This document shows, in pieces, positions 18,358 through 27,292 of a stretch of 64,000 nucleotides of DNA; the first letter of the stretch is position 1, and every line of letters starts with the position of its first letter. A program made the position numbers and the translations under genes. The DNA comes from a virus (taxonomy: Duplodnaviria; Caudoviricetes). Location of the stretch: IMG/VR virus record IMGVR_UViG_3300028840_001835. One strand, written 5' to 3'. The notes under the pieces were generated by a model. That model did not search any database and was not told the DNA's origin. It was given only the letters and a program-made list of their open reading frames with translations.

Positions 18358-19842
18358 TTAAATATAGAACGGCGCGTTCTTATCCTTTGTTCCAATATTC
18401 GTACTCTGATAGTGTATATCAATAAAATGAACAAACGTATCTTGATCTAATGTATCATTTGCTGACCCAGGATCTCTTGTTAATCTAACTAAAAACAATC
18501 CATCTATTTCCATATCATTTCTATCAAAAGTAGATGAAGTATCCGACCCCGATGTAAACTGAACCTCGGCAATCATATGTCCGTATTGTGTTGTTGACCC
18601 CTGTTGTGTAACTGTTACGGATTTTGGATCATTAAAAGCCGAAGCAACTCCTCCGGGTGTTCCGTATCCTTTTGCATATGATATCTCAAATGTCCATTCT
18701 GATACTCCTGGAACCGAGGCGGGCCCTCCCGTGTCTACTGTTATTTGAGACCAATGTACATGAATAAACATATCAGTTCCCGGAACATAATCGTGGGGCA
18801 TATGAAATTCGATAAAAGTTTCATGTAAATGATTATTTGGATTTGCTGTTCCAAATCTATATGCGTATATATTTCCTCTATATTGAACATAGTCTGGTCT
18901 TGCAGCAGAACCGCCGCCAGCATCGGGTCTATTTTTCATATCACCCGTTAAATCTCTATATCCAAATGTGGGATTGTTTACATCGACCTTGATTCCAAAA
19001 CCGGATGTCTTAGGAACAATAAGCCCAGAAGAGGTTATTAATAAATTATTAGTGGCATCCCAATAGCCATTAATGTCATCCCAGACTATTGTGGCTCCAT
19101 TAATGGGTGAAGTTGGTCCATTTAAAAAAGAGGACGCACTAACTGTAACAACATTTGACCCAGAGGTTAACTGAGTATTGGGTCCTGCAGATAACGTGCG
19201 AAATTCTAAATCTACTCCCGTCTTTTGTTTAAAAAGTTGAACACCAGTGCCAACATTACTTGCTGTATTTGATTGTCCAGCACCAAGACTATTATGTACA
19301 TCGGTGGCTATTCTACGTGCTTCATCGGGTCCAACGCCCGACCCCATTCCACCCTTACCGTCCTGTCCATCTTCGACAAGACTCACCCATTTCTTGCCAT
19401 CATATATGTAGACTGTCTTCTGATAATCATTCTTATAGAAGTGTCCCTCTTTGGGACTTTTTGGATGTTCGTGATGTATTCCACGAAACATCAAACCCTT
19501 ACCAGGGGTTCCGTCTCGACCATCTTTTCCTGGAGGTCCGGCCTCGCCACGGGCGCCAGGTTTTCCAGGGAGTCCATTTTTAGGCGCAGGAATCTCATTG
19601 AGAAGATCCTCAATTATTTCCTGTTTGGAAGGTGGATCTTTTGGAGCTGGTATCTTCTTTGAGACACCATCTATTATTTGTTCAAGTAATTTTGTTTTTA
19701 CATTTTCAACCTTTACATCAAGACTTTCCAGAAAGGTGAAAATATTTTCAACGTCATCCTTGGGAGATTCTTTTTTCTCCCCTTTGATGAACTCTCTATA
19801 TTCCTCGATTGCTTTCTTATCTTTATTGCTGGTCATCTTCAA
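18358..19842 (-). CDS. Collagen-repeat fibre protein
   Basis: GLPGKPGARGEAGPPGKDGRDGTPGKG (Gly-X-Y); NTASNVGTG..LFKQKTGVDLEFRTL fibre motif. Confidence 0.7.
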   Translation of the reverse strand: MKMTSNKDKKAIEEYREFIKGEKKESPKDDVENIFTFLESLDVKVENVKTKLLEQIIDGVSKKIPAPKDPPSKQEIIEDLLNEIPAPKNGLPGKPGARGEAGPPGKDGRDGTPGKGLMFRGIHHEHPKSPKEGHFYKNDYQKTVYIYDGKKWVSLVEDGQDGKGGMGSGVGPDEARRIATDVHNSLGAGQSNTASNVGTGVQLFKQKTGVDLEFRTLSAGPNTQLTSGSNVVTVSASSFLNGPTSPINGATIVWDDINGYWDATNNLLITSSGLIVPKTSGFGIKVDVNNPTFGYRDLTGDMKNRPDAGGGSAARPDYVQYRGNIYAYRFGTANPNNHLHETFIEFHMPHDYVPGTDMFIHVHWSQITVDTGGPASVPGVSEWTFEISYAKGYGTPGGVASAFNDPKSVTVTQQGSTTQYGHMIAEVQFTSGSDTSSTFDRNDMEIDGLFLVRLTRDPGSANDTLDQDTFVHFIDIHYQSTNIGTKDKNAPFYI

Positions 19843-20146
19843 GTATTTTCTTCAACCGTTCTTTGACCTCATCACTCTCTATATATATCTCACCAGCTTC
19901 CGATACATCATCATTTTCCTTTATAAGACCTCTGATGAGCAGTTCCTCACGATTCTCCTCTTTAATCACGTTTCCGTTCTTATGGCGGAGAATAAGATTA
20001 ATCAAAGCAGCAATGGATATATTACTCTCTAAGCAAACTGTTTGTATAGCCCTAAGATCCTTCTCATTGAGATCAAGATCATTAAATTGTTGTTTATCTG
20101 AGAGGGTATTAGAATTTAATCTAAACTTTTTGAACTCGCCTTCCAT
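19823..20146 (-). CDS. Hypothetical protein
   Basis: 107-aa ORF with RBS AGGAG. Confidence 0.55.
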   Translation of the reverse strand: MEGEFKKFRLNSNTLSDKQQFNDLDLNEKDLRAIQTVCLESNISIAALINLILRHKNGNVIKEENREELLIRGLIKENDDVSEAGEIYIESDEVKERLKKILEDDQQ

Positions 20147-20155
20147 AATATCTCC

Positions 20156-20575
20156 TTAAATTCTGTATCCTTTCCCTGTGAACATGGATACTATTCGTTT
20201 TGTTTTTGGAAAAACTTTTTTGATCTTTGTCTCTAGTTTTTTCTTTTTTGCATCAGAAAGGGTCTTCGGACTAGGATAAGAATCGTCATCAACCTGAATC
20301 ACCGATGGTTTCTTTTTCTCATGTAGAAACGCATAAGTCATATCACGGAGAAATTTCTTCTGAATAACATGATGGAGAATATCCGCCCTCCATGCAAACA
20401 TTTTTAACTTTGAGTCAAAACAGAATCTAACATCGCCCGTGCCATCAGTTTTACTAATTGACTCTATCTCACTTCTGGTAGGATTCTCAAATATCTCCAC
20501 ATATTCTTTCCAACCATAAGGTCGAACAACGTCCGATGTATAGAATTTCTCTCTAAGATATTTTAACCAACCCAT
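20156..20575 (-). CDS. Putative internal head protein (leader MGWLKYLRE)
   Basis: Start refined to ATG 20575 behind GGAGAGGG; capsid-targeting-like leader. Confidence 0.55.
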   Translation of the reverse strand: MGWLKYLREKFYTSDVVRPYGWKEYVEIFENPTRSEIESISKTDGTGDVRFCFDSKLKMFAWRADILHHVIQKKFLRDMTYAFLHEKKKPSVIQVDDDSYPSPKTLSDAKKKKLETKIKKVFPKTKRIVSMFTGKGYRI

Positions 20576-20576
20576 A

Positions 20577-20861
20577 TTAATCCCTCTCCAAAAACTTCTC
20601 CTTAAATACTTGGGCATCAAATACAATTTTTAATTTTGCATCAGCAATCTTAATTGCATTTTTATCTCTGCTCTTTTTAGCATCTTTCAATTTTTTACTA
20701 TATTCATGTTCCCAACTTATTAAATCGCCCATACTATTCATTGAAAGATGTTTTGCAAGGTCTTTTCTTTTTTGGGGAGATAGTTTAGTAACATCCTTTA
20801 CACCCTTAAATGGATCAGTGGGAGGGCCATACCCATTCTTTAAATATTCTTTCCAGTCCAT
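20577..20861 (-). CDS. Putative internal head protein (leader MDWKEYLK)
   Basis: Start refined to 20861 behind AGGAG; leader resembles its neighbours but lacks the terminal E. Confidence 0.5.
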   Translation of the reverse strand: MDWKEYLKNGYGPPTDPFKGVKDVTKLSPQKRKDLAKHLSMNSMGDLISWEHEYSKKLKDAKKSRDKNAIKIADAKLKIVFDAQVFKEKFLERD

Positions 20862-20870
20862 ATACATCTC

Positions 20871-21101
20871 CTATAGGTCTATCCATTTCTTACCAATGAG
20901 AATTGAATGAAATCCCATCTTACGCATAAACTTCTTAACATTCTCTTCCTTACCAGTTACCCGAACCATACCCTCATCATCCAATAACTTGATCTTAACT
21001 CCAAACTTCTGAGCCTGATATTTTACATTCGGGTCTTTCGGATCCTCAAAATCCTGGACAGTGACGATCTTCTTCTCTGTCAAATACTTTTTCCACTTCA
21101 T
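20871..21101 (-). CDS. Putative internal head protein (leader MKWKKYLTE)
   Basis: First gene after late promoter 21128-21135. Confidence 0.55.
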   Translation of the reverse strand: MKWKKYLTEKKIVTVQDFEDPKDPNVKYQAQKFGVKIKLLDDEGMVRVTGKEENVKKFMRKMGFHSILIGKKWIDL

Positions 21102-21127
21102 CAAAGGAAACTCTCCTGGTTTATTAG

Positions 21128-21135
21128 TATTTATA
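21128..21135 (-). promoter_or_regulatory. T4-type late promoter TATAAATA (leftward)
   Basis: Exact consensus. Confidence 0.75.
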
Positions 21136-21156
21136 AAACTTTTTCAGACCCTAATC

Positions 21157-21164
21157 TATAAATA
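21157..21164 (+). promoter_or_regulatory. T4-type late promoter TATAAATA (rightward, divergent)
   Basis: Exact consensus upstream of ORF 21248. Confidence 0.75.
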
Positions 21165-21247
21165 CTTTTGGATGATTAACAACATCCTGAAAATGCATTT
21201 TTGAACCTGTATATAGCTATAACAATTCAACAAGGAGAATTAAAACA

Positions 21248-21709
21248 ATGGCCGATATAATCAAAGTAACAGGGACTACATTGTCAGCAACAACTGGCAC
21301 ACAGTTTGTTCCGTTCGACACTACTCGGTTTTTCAATGGCTCCGTCTTTGCTCTTTCCGGAACGAGCGCAGTAAACACGATTTCTGCTGGACCTATTAGG
21401 GTCGAAGCAAGTGTTAAAGTAAACCCAGCCGACAAGGTAAACCAGGAACTAATTCTGGACGTAAGGCAGGCAGGGGTTACAGTAGCATCTGCTGGCTTCG
21501 GTGAGCTTGATTCGATTAACATGAGATGGATACATGGTGGAGAAATCTGGGACCCAGACAAAGCCACATACGAAGGTGTCGAAAGCCTAACGCTCGGTGG
21601 ATCAACAATTGTTTCCGCCACAGCAAATGATCAGATAGGAGTATACCTGACTGGTCGGGTTGAGAGTGCGACAGTGACAGCGACATTGACATTAGAAAAC
21701 TTGAATTAA
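21248..21709 (+). CDS. Probable virion structural protein (T/S/A/V/G-rich)
   Basis: 153 aa, RBS AAGGAG, own late promoter and terminator. Confidence 0.65.
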   Translation: MADIIKVTGTTLSATTGTQFVPFDTTRFFNGSVFALSGTSAVNTISAGPIRVEASVKVNPADKVNQELILDVRQAGVTVASAGFGELDSINMRWIHGGEIWDPDKATYEGVESLTLGGSTIVSATANDQIGVYLTGRVESATVTATLTLENLN

Positions 21710-21729
21710 AATTAATTCAACTGATCCCG

Positions 21730-21758
21730 AAAGACCCCCATAAAGGGGGTCTTTTATA
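21730..21758. terminator. Bidirectional terminator between ORF 21709 and uvsW
   Basis: aaagaccccc-ataaa-gggggtctttt. Confidence 0.8.
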
Positions 21759-23247
21759 TTTGGAATTTTCGATTGTAAAATGTAAATCCCTGCTCCTCAT
21801 AATACTTCAATCTCTCAAGATAGTGCTTGTATGTATGATTATGTCCAATGTTACCAGTTCGCTTCTTCCAAGTCAAATCATCAACAAAATCCCAAATTAT
21901 AACCTTTTCTTTACTTGAATGAGTTCTCAATCCACGACCTATCGCTTGAAGAACTTTTATCTTGGACTTATAACTACTCGCAAAGAATACATTGTGCATC
22001 TTTCTAATATTTACTCCGGTGCTCATCGTAGCATATGTCCCCACAAGGATCATATTCGACTCCTTCTCCATGAGATGGCGAATCGCTTCACGCTCCTCGG
22101 GTTTCGTCTTTCCATATATATTCACGATCATATACTTGTCAGGAAGTACATGCTCAAGATGTTCCTGAATCATTTTTAAATGTTCGATCTTTCTACATAA
22201 CACCAGAGAGTTTTGGCCGTCTGGAATATTATTGAATATTAAATCAAATATCTTATTACGCCCAACATGATTTATAATTGTGTCCTCTTCCTCATTATAC
22301 GGGCGGTTCCGGTTTTTCTGGATAACGGACTCTGGAAACTTCAGTAGGACGTTTACAATTTTAATCTTTGAAAGTATACCACGATCTATTAGCTCTTTGG
22401 ATATCTGTTTGAAAATAACAGGTCCAAGATATCCATGTATATTAAACAAGTCGGAGCGATTTGTTGGTAATGTACCCGTGTATCCAAAACGATATTCCGC
22501 CTCAGTGCATTTCTTTGATATGGATTGAATTGAAAGCGCCTTCGCCTGATGTGTCTCATCAACCATCAACACTCCGTACTTTTGAAAGAAAATCTTCTGC
22601 TTACGATGTATCGACTGCCACGTTGTTATGAGTACACTCTTTCTAAAATCTGGCTTTAGTCCAGAATATAATTTAGTCACCTTATAGTCAATATTCAACC
22701 ATCCATAATCCTGAAAGTCCGAATACATCTGCTCAACAAGAGATGTGGTCGGAACGATAAGAATGATTTTTCTATCTGGATCTTGAGCAAGAAGTAATCG
22801 TATTGTCATGTATATGGTCAATGATTTGCCGCTACCAGTGGGGGAAAGAATTACGCCCCGCTTGTTCCTTATAGAATTGGTAACCGCCTCGATCTGATAG
22901 TCGTATGGGTCGTACCTAGTATTTTCCATAAGCCCATTAGCGAATGACTCCACTTGTTCTATGGTCACATCATTACATAGTTCCGATGTATCGAAATCGA
23001 AACGATATTTGTAACCAAATTGCTTACAGAATCTATGGAAGTCTGGGAGCAACCCAACAGGTAGCAGCTTATTCTGCATATTAAAGAATGAGACTTTGCC
23101 GTCCCAAATCTTTGCTCTAAATTTTGGATGATACATATAATTCGGAACATGGCAGCTGAGGAAAGATTTTAGCTCCAATTCCTGATCAAGATGGCACCTG
23201 ACCCGTACATATACCTGATTCACTTTTTCAATTAAAATTTCATTCAT
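21754..23247 (-). CDS. uvsW: UvsW-like SF2 DNA helicase
   Basis: SPTGSGKS (Walker A), VDETH, GYTGT, LQAIGRGLR. Confidence 0.92.
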   Translation of the reverse strand: MNEILIEKVNQVYVRVRCHLDQELELKSFLSCHVPNYMYHPKFRAKIWDGKVSFFNMQNKLLPVGLLPDFHRFCKQFGYKYRFDFDTSELCNDVTIEQVESFANGLMENTRYDPYDYQIEAVTNSIRNKRGVILSPTGSGKSLTIYMTIRLLLAQDPDRKIILIVPTTSLVEQMYSDFQDYGWLNIDYKVTKLYSGLKPDFRKSVLITTWQSIHRKQKIFFQKYGVLMVDETHQAKALSIQSISKKCTEAEYRFGYTGTLPTNRSDLFNIHGYLGPVIFKQISKELIDRGILSKIKIVNVLLKFPESVIQKNRNRPYNEEEDTIINHVGRNKIFDLIFNNIPDGQNSLVLCRKIEHLKMIQEHLEHVLPDKYMIVNIYGKTKPEEREAIRHLMEKESNMILVGTYATMSTGVNIRKMHNVFFASSYKSKIKVLQAIGRGLRTHSSKEKVIIWDFVDDLTWKKRTGNIGHNHTYKHYLERLKYYEEQGFTFYNRKFQI

Positions 23248-23274
23248 ATCTTCAACCCTTACAAACTATAAGGA

Positions 23275-23282
23275 TATTTATA
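23275..23282 (-). promoter_or_regulatory. T4-type late promoter TATAAATA
   Basis: Exact consensus upstream of uvsW. Confidence 0.7.
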
Positions 23283-23290
23283 CTTTAAAA

Positions 23291-24358
23291 TTACTCGCCT
23301 AGAAATCTCTTTGGGTTGTCTGTAGCGATTGCTTTGAATTTCTTTTCACCTATAAACGAACGGAGTTCAACTCCATATCTTTTCTCGTCTGACTCCATCT
23401 CTACCATATAATAGTCCGAACCAAACAACACCTTATCCCTTACCTTCTTATCATTTAAAATATTATTCAATAAAGGAAAGAATCGTCTGTCGCTTAATGT
23501 GAAAGATATATCGGTATAAAAATTATCATGTCTTTTGATCAAATCCTTTATTATCCGATACCAGTTTCCCTTCATTCCGGGATCATCGAGATACTTATCC
23601 CACATATATGCAGAACCAAAATGACCAAAACAAATTCTTAGTTTCGGAAAATCCTTAATCACCCGAAGATAGTTAAGAGGGTTGGTGAACATAGAACAAA
23701 GTTCTTTTCTGTTCTTACCCTTAATCTTTACATTAGAATTTCCATCTCTTAATAATTTCTTTAGTTCTTTCTTCTTGCCCTTGAAATGGATCGGATTATA
23801 TGGACTACAATGCGCAAGTATAGGTAGATTTTTATTCTCACAAATTTGATATATTGGATACAATCTCTTATCATATGGGTAATATCCTAAAGGTGGGTAT
23901 AGCTTTACTCCACGAAAATCATGTCGTTCTACCGCAAACATAAACTCACTTAGAACTCCAGTTCGTCTGGGATCAACATGAAAGAACGGTATAACCTGTT
24001 CTGGATATTGTTTTCTAAGTAACTTTAGTTCATGTATCTGGTCGGAATATTCTCTGGGAACATCGCCCGCTCCCATATGTTCCATATCCATAGGAAGTAT
24101 TATGAATTTTGTTCCCTTTGGATAAAACTTGATTAATTTTTCAAATATCTTTTTCTGGGATCCAAGATCGCAAGTACGTGCGAATGTCGCATATCTATGA
24201 AGAAGGTCTTTATCAGTGAAAGGAATAAGCCCACTAAGAAACCCAGTGATCAACTTATTGCCCGGCTTGGTGCGTAATATTTTTACAAGGTAAGCTGGTA
24301 GCAACTTATCTGGTATATCAATGTCCAAGAATGTATGTGTATGACAGTTGTAGATCAC
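23291..24358 (-). CDS. Amidohydrolase family (TIM-barrel metallohydrolase, amidohydro_2-like)
   Basis: CHTH at the N-terminus, GVKLYPPLGY, LAHC, GHFG, YTDIS, VLFGSDY; GTG start. Confidence 0.85.
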   Translation of the reverse strand: MIYNCHTHTFLDIDIPDKLLPAYLVKILRTKPGNKLITGFLSGLIPFTDKDLLHRYATFARTCDLGSQKKIFEKLIKFYPKGTKFIILPMDMEHMGAGDVPREYSDQIHELKLLRKQYPEQVIPFFHVDPRRTGVLSEFMFAVERHDFRGVKLYPPLGYYPYDKRLYPIYQICENKNLPILAHCSPYNPIHFKGKKKELKKLLRDGNSNVKIKGKNRKELCSMFTNPLNYLRVIKDFPKLRICFGHFGSAYMWDKYLDDPGMKGNWYRIIKDLIKRHDNFYTDISFTLSDRRFFPLLNNILNDKKVRDKVLFGSDYYMVEMESDEKRYGVELRSFIGEKKFKAIATDNPKRFLGE

Positions 24359-24648
24359 TTTTTAAAAACAAATCTTATAGTGTTTGTTGAGGAATCAAAG
24401 CCCATCCATTCTAGATTTGAAAACTTCGCTATCTGTTTCAAATCTTTGGGGTAAAATGTACTTCCTTTTCCAAGTGAAGCATCAAGAGCAATATTCATCT
24501 TTTTATTTTGGGTTATCCAGTTTATTCTCAAAACAGAACTCTTAAATCTTGTGAAAAACTTTTTTAGATCGGGTTCAAGATCCTTGACCTCAAGAGGAAT
24601 TATATCCTCATTTATAAATTCCTCACTAATATATTCTTTCCAGTTCAT
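24355..24648 (-). CDS. Putative internal head protein (leader MNWKEYISE)
   Basis: Capsid-targeting-like leader. Confidence 0.55.
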   Translation of the reverse strand: MNWKEYISEEFINEDIIPLEVKDLEPDLKKFFTRFKSSVLRINWITQNKKMNIALDASLGKGSTFYPKDLKQIAKFSNLEWMGFDSSTNTIRFVFKK

Positions 24649-24673
24649 AATTTCTTCCTTTCATTTTCCAAAA

Positions 24674-24979
24674 TTATCCTTTTTCTATAATAATCTTTTC
24701 CGAAGTTCTTTTGACCTTAAATCCTCGTTCCTTAAGTTTCTTATGAAAAGGTTTTCCTATGTATCTATCTAACATTATTTCAATTGAAGTTGTGTTATTA
24801 TTTTTACCCTTGATCTCGATTCTGTTCTTCTTTGAAAAGTTCAGATCGTTTCCCCATCTTTTATCCGTTTCTGTTCCGAATATATTCCAAATCTGTACCT
24901 TCAATTCATCCATCGGAGTATTTTTAGTGTGAGGTATCTTACCTTTCAGTTCTTCTTTAAGATATTCTTTCCAGTTCAT
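24674..24979 (-). CDS. Putative internal head protein (leader MNWKEYLKE)
   Basis: Capsid-targeting-like leader. Confidence 0.55.
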   Translation of the reverse strand: MNWKEYLKEELKGKIPHTKNTPMDELKVQIWNIFGTETDKRWGNDLNFSKKNRIEIKGKNNNTTSIEIMLDRYIGKPFHKKLKERGFKVKRTSEKIIIEKG

Positions 24980-24983
24980 ATGA

Positions 24984-25184
24984 CTATCCTTTTATATCGG
25001 ACTCCTCTACTCTGAAGTCAGTTATCTTATCTCCTGTAAAATCAGCAGCATCTTTTCTTGCTTGTTCAGCTTTCTGCTTTGAATAGTATACACCAAAAGG
25101 AAGCGCCTTGTTGCTCCCTCTTTGGAATATCAAGACAAAGACCTTCTTGAATACTCCCTCTGTAACGTAGTCTGTAAACTTCAT
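24984..25184 (-). CDS. Putative internal head protein (leader MKFTDYVTE)
   Basis: Capsid-targeting-like leader. Confidence 0.55.
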   Translation of the reverse strand: MKFTDYVTEGVFKKVFVLIFQRGSNKALPFGVYYSKQKAEQARKDAADFTGDKITDFRVEESDIKG

Positions 25185-25363
25185 ACTTTTTTATTGATTT
25201 GATATGTCCAATTTTTATCACTAACTTTTGTTATCTCAATCGTTGCGACCTCTCCATCTGCAAGGAGCATATTCACATCCTGAACAAACACCGTTGGTTT
25301 CTGTTTGTGTTGAATGCCTTTCTTGACTTTTCTTTCATTTAAAAAAGTTTTGAATCGACCCAT
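25181..25363 (-). CDS. Putative internal head protein (leader MGRFKTFLNE)
   Basis: Capsid-targeting-like leader. Confidence 0.55.
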   Translation of the reverse strand: MGRFKTFLNERKVKKGIQHKQKPTVFVQDVNMLLADGEVATIEITKVSDKNWTYQINKKV

Positions 25364-25575
25364 TATAACCCCGCAGCTTTCTTGAATCTTTCCTCATCAA
25401 ATCTTGGGTTCGCCTTCGCAAATATATCGATCATCATCTTTGCCATCTCCTCTTTGGTCTTGGCGTCCTTTATCGCCTTGGCCATCGCCTGGAAATGTTG
25501 CTTGGTGAACGTGGTCTCAAGTATGACTTCCTCTTTAGGAATCTTTGGTATGAATCTATCTATAAATTCCTTCAT
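25363..25575 (-). CDS. Hypothetical protein (NPRFD..RF motif), possible internal protein
   Basis: MKEFIDRF...VILE; C-terminal FAKANPRFDEERFKKAAGL. Confidence 0.55.
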   Translation of the reverse strand: MKEFIDRFIPKIPKEEVILETTFTKQHFQAMAKAIKDAKTKEEMAKMMIDIFAKANPRFDEERFKKAAGL

Positions 25576-25576
25576 G

Positions 25577-25948
25577 TTATTTCCTCACAAATGATTTGAT
25601 AAATGCCTTCTCTTCCTCAGACGCACCTTTTTTGGCGCCACCCTGAACGAAAGACTTAACAAATGCCTTCGCCTCTGGAGAGGAATAATAATCACCCTTA
25701 GTATATCTGTTTATATCTCGGAGGCTATTGAGAACCTGGGTGAGTCGTAGTAATGTTCCAGACTGTTTATTTGTATTCCATTCCTTCTTGAGAGTAGATA
25801 ACACCTTTGAAACATTTTTCATCAATGTATCGGCCTCCTTGAAGTTCTTCCGAGCCATCTTATCAAACCCAGAAGCGTCTGCCTCTTTGATGAATTCAGT
25901 TGGCTTCTCATTCATCCATGTTCTGGCATCTTTTGTTAAATCTGACAT
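25577..25948 (-). CDS. Hypothetical protein, possible internal protein
   Basis: 123 aa; early WMNE and FIKE candidate gp21 sites. Confidence 0.55.
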   Translation of the reverse strand: MSDLTKDARTWMNEKPTEFIKEADASGFDKMARKNFKEADTLMKNVSKVLSTLKKEWNTNKQSGTLLRLTQVLNSLRDINRYTKGDYYSSPEAKAFVKSFVQGGAKKGASEEEKAFIKSFVRK

Positions 25949-25957
25949 ATGTACCTC

Positions 25958-26230
25958 TTATCCGATTCCGCTTGATATACTAACCCCCATAGAGACTAAC
26001 GCATCATTAAGCGGTGAACCGTGTTGAACTTTTTTCTTATCTATCTCGACCTCTATGTTCCATCGTCCAGCGCCTGTCTGGAAATCGTTCTCGACCTTAC
26101 CACCATGTTTCTTAATAAGTTCGATCACTTTGGTTTTCATTTGAAAACCTTTTTTCCCCTTTCCATAAAGAGAGAAAGTCCAATAGTTTGGACCTCTCTT
26201 TGCCTCACCGATGTAATCCAGAAATCTCAT
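25958..26230 (-). CDS. Putative internal head protein (leader MRFLDYIGE)
   Basis: Capsid-targeting-like leader. Confidence 0.55.
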   Translation of the reverse strand: MRFLDYIGEAKRGPNYWTFSLYGKGKKGFQMKTKVIELIKKHGGKVENDFQTGAGRWNIEVEIDKKKVQHGSPLNDALVSMGVSISSGIG

Positions 26231-26282
26231 AGAAACCTCTACATAGGATTGAAATAGTTATGTATATGACAAAGGAGCAAGA

Positions 26283-26522
26283 TTATTTCTTCTTACAATC
26301 TTTCTTTTCGTTTTTCTTCTCGTCCTTCTCTTCCTCGTCATCTTCTTCTTTATCGTCTTTATCCTCAGAATCGTCCTTATCCTTGGACTCTTCCTCGTCA
26401 TCCTTTTCCTTGTCTTCCTTTTCTTTATCTTCCTCTTCCTGCTCCTTCACCTTCTTTTCTTCGAGTTCTTCTTTGGACTCATCCTCTTCGAGGTACTTGT
26501 TTAATCTATCCAATACTGTCAT
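26283..26522 (-). CDS. Low-complexity E/D/K-rich protein (leader ...NKYLEE)
   Basis: 79 aa, almost entirely charged; RBS AGGAGG; first gene after a late promoter. Confidence 0.65.
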   Translation of the reverse strand: MTVLDRLNKYLEEDESKEELEEKKVKEQEEEDKEKEDKEKDDEEESKDKDDSEDKDDKEEDDEEEKDEKKNEKKDCKKK

Positions 26523-26559
26523 TTTATGCCTCCTGTTAGGTTGAACAAATTATTTGAAG

Positions 26560-26567
26560 TATTTATA
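26560..26567 (-). promoter_or_regulatory. T4-type late promoter TATAAATA
   Basis: Exact consensus heading the small-ORF array. Confidence 0.75.
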
Positions 26568-26571
26568 AAAC

Positions 26572-26982
26572 CTAGAAGCCTACTTCCACAAACTTCTTAT
26601 ATTCTATGATGTTTTTAATCTGGAAGGATGTCCGTTTGATATTTTCCAGCGCCATCTCCAGTTGCTTGACCATAGTCTCCTGCTCATTAAACTCAACCAC
26701 CAAAGCATAATATTCATCATGCGCTAATATCTGAGTCTCGATTTCACCCTTGGTCTCCCAATTGTGATTATCAAAGTATTTGAAGTGTTTATATAGCTCC
26801 CCAAATTTCTTATGCTTATCCGCGGACAATTTCTTCAGGCTTCTAAGTTCCTTTGAAAATATATCCAAATATTCGTTATAGAGCATCGGAAGTTTTTTAG
26901 ATTTCTCGATGAGATTTTCCTCAGTGAGGGTTAGCTCCAAGTCTAACTTTTTCATTAGGGCTTTGAATGTCTTTATTTCCAT
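26572..26982 (-). CDS. uvsY: UvsY-like recombination mediator
   Basis: KLPMLYNEYL...LENIKRTSFQIKNIIEYKKFVEVG; start refined to 26982 behind AGGAG. Confidence 0.8.
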   Translation of the reverse strand: MEIKTFKALMKKLDLELTLTEENLIEKSKKLPMLYNEYLDIFSKELRSLKKLSADKHKKFGELYKHFKYFDNHNWETKGEIETQILAHDEYYALVVEFNEQETMVKQLEMALENIKRTSFQIKNIIEYKKFVEVGF

Positions 26983-27292
26983 GGCGTCTCCTTGGTTGTA
27001 TATATACTTATAATGTAACAAACTTACCACCGAGGACGCCACCTTACATGGACAGAATTTTGGACGAACTTAAAATAGTTCCAAAACGTGAAGCCCTCCA
27101 GGAAACATTTTGTTATATATAAAGTATGATGATGTAAAGGGAGAACAGTATTGTATAGGACTCCATCAGGGAACCCTTTATGATATAAAGGGTGAACTAT
27201 GCTTAAAATTTATTCATTCTATTTATTTTTAATTTTATTGAATAGATTCCCGGTGCTTCGCACCGGGAGACTCCTATACTTTAAATAAATCT

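Noticed and set aside
19823-20146. Capsid-targeting leader on this ORF (MEGEFKKF)
   Set aside because: There is no nearby L/I-x-E site, so it was not counted in the leader set.
27005-27012. TATAAGTA as a late promoter for uvsY
   Set aside because: It has one mismatch in an AT-rich tract and cannot be distinguished from chance.
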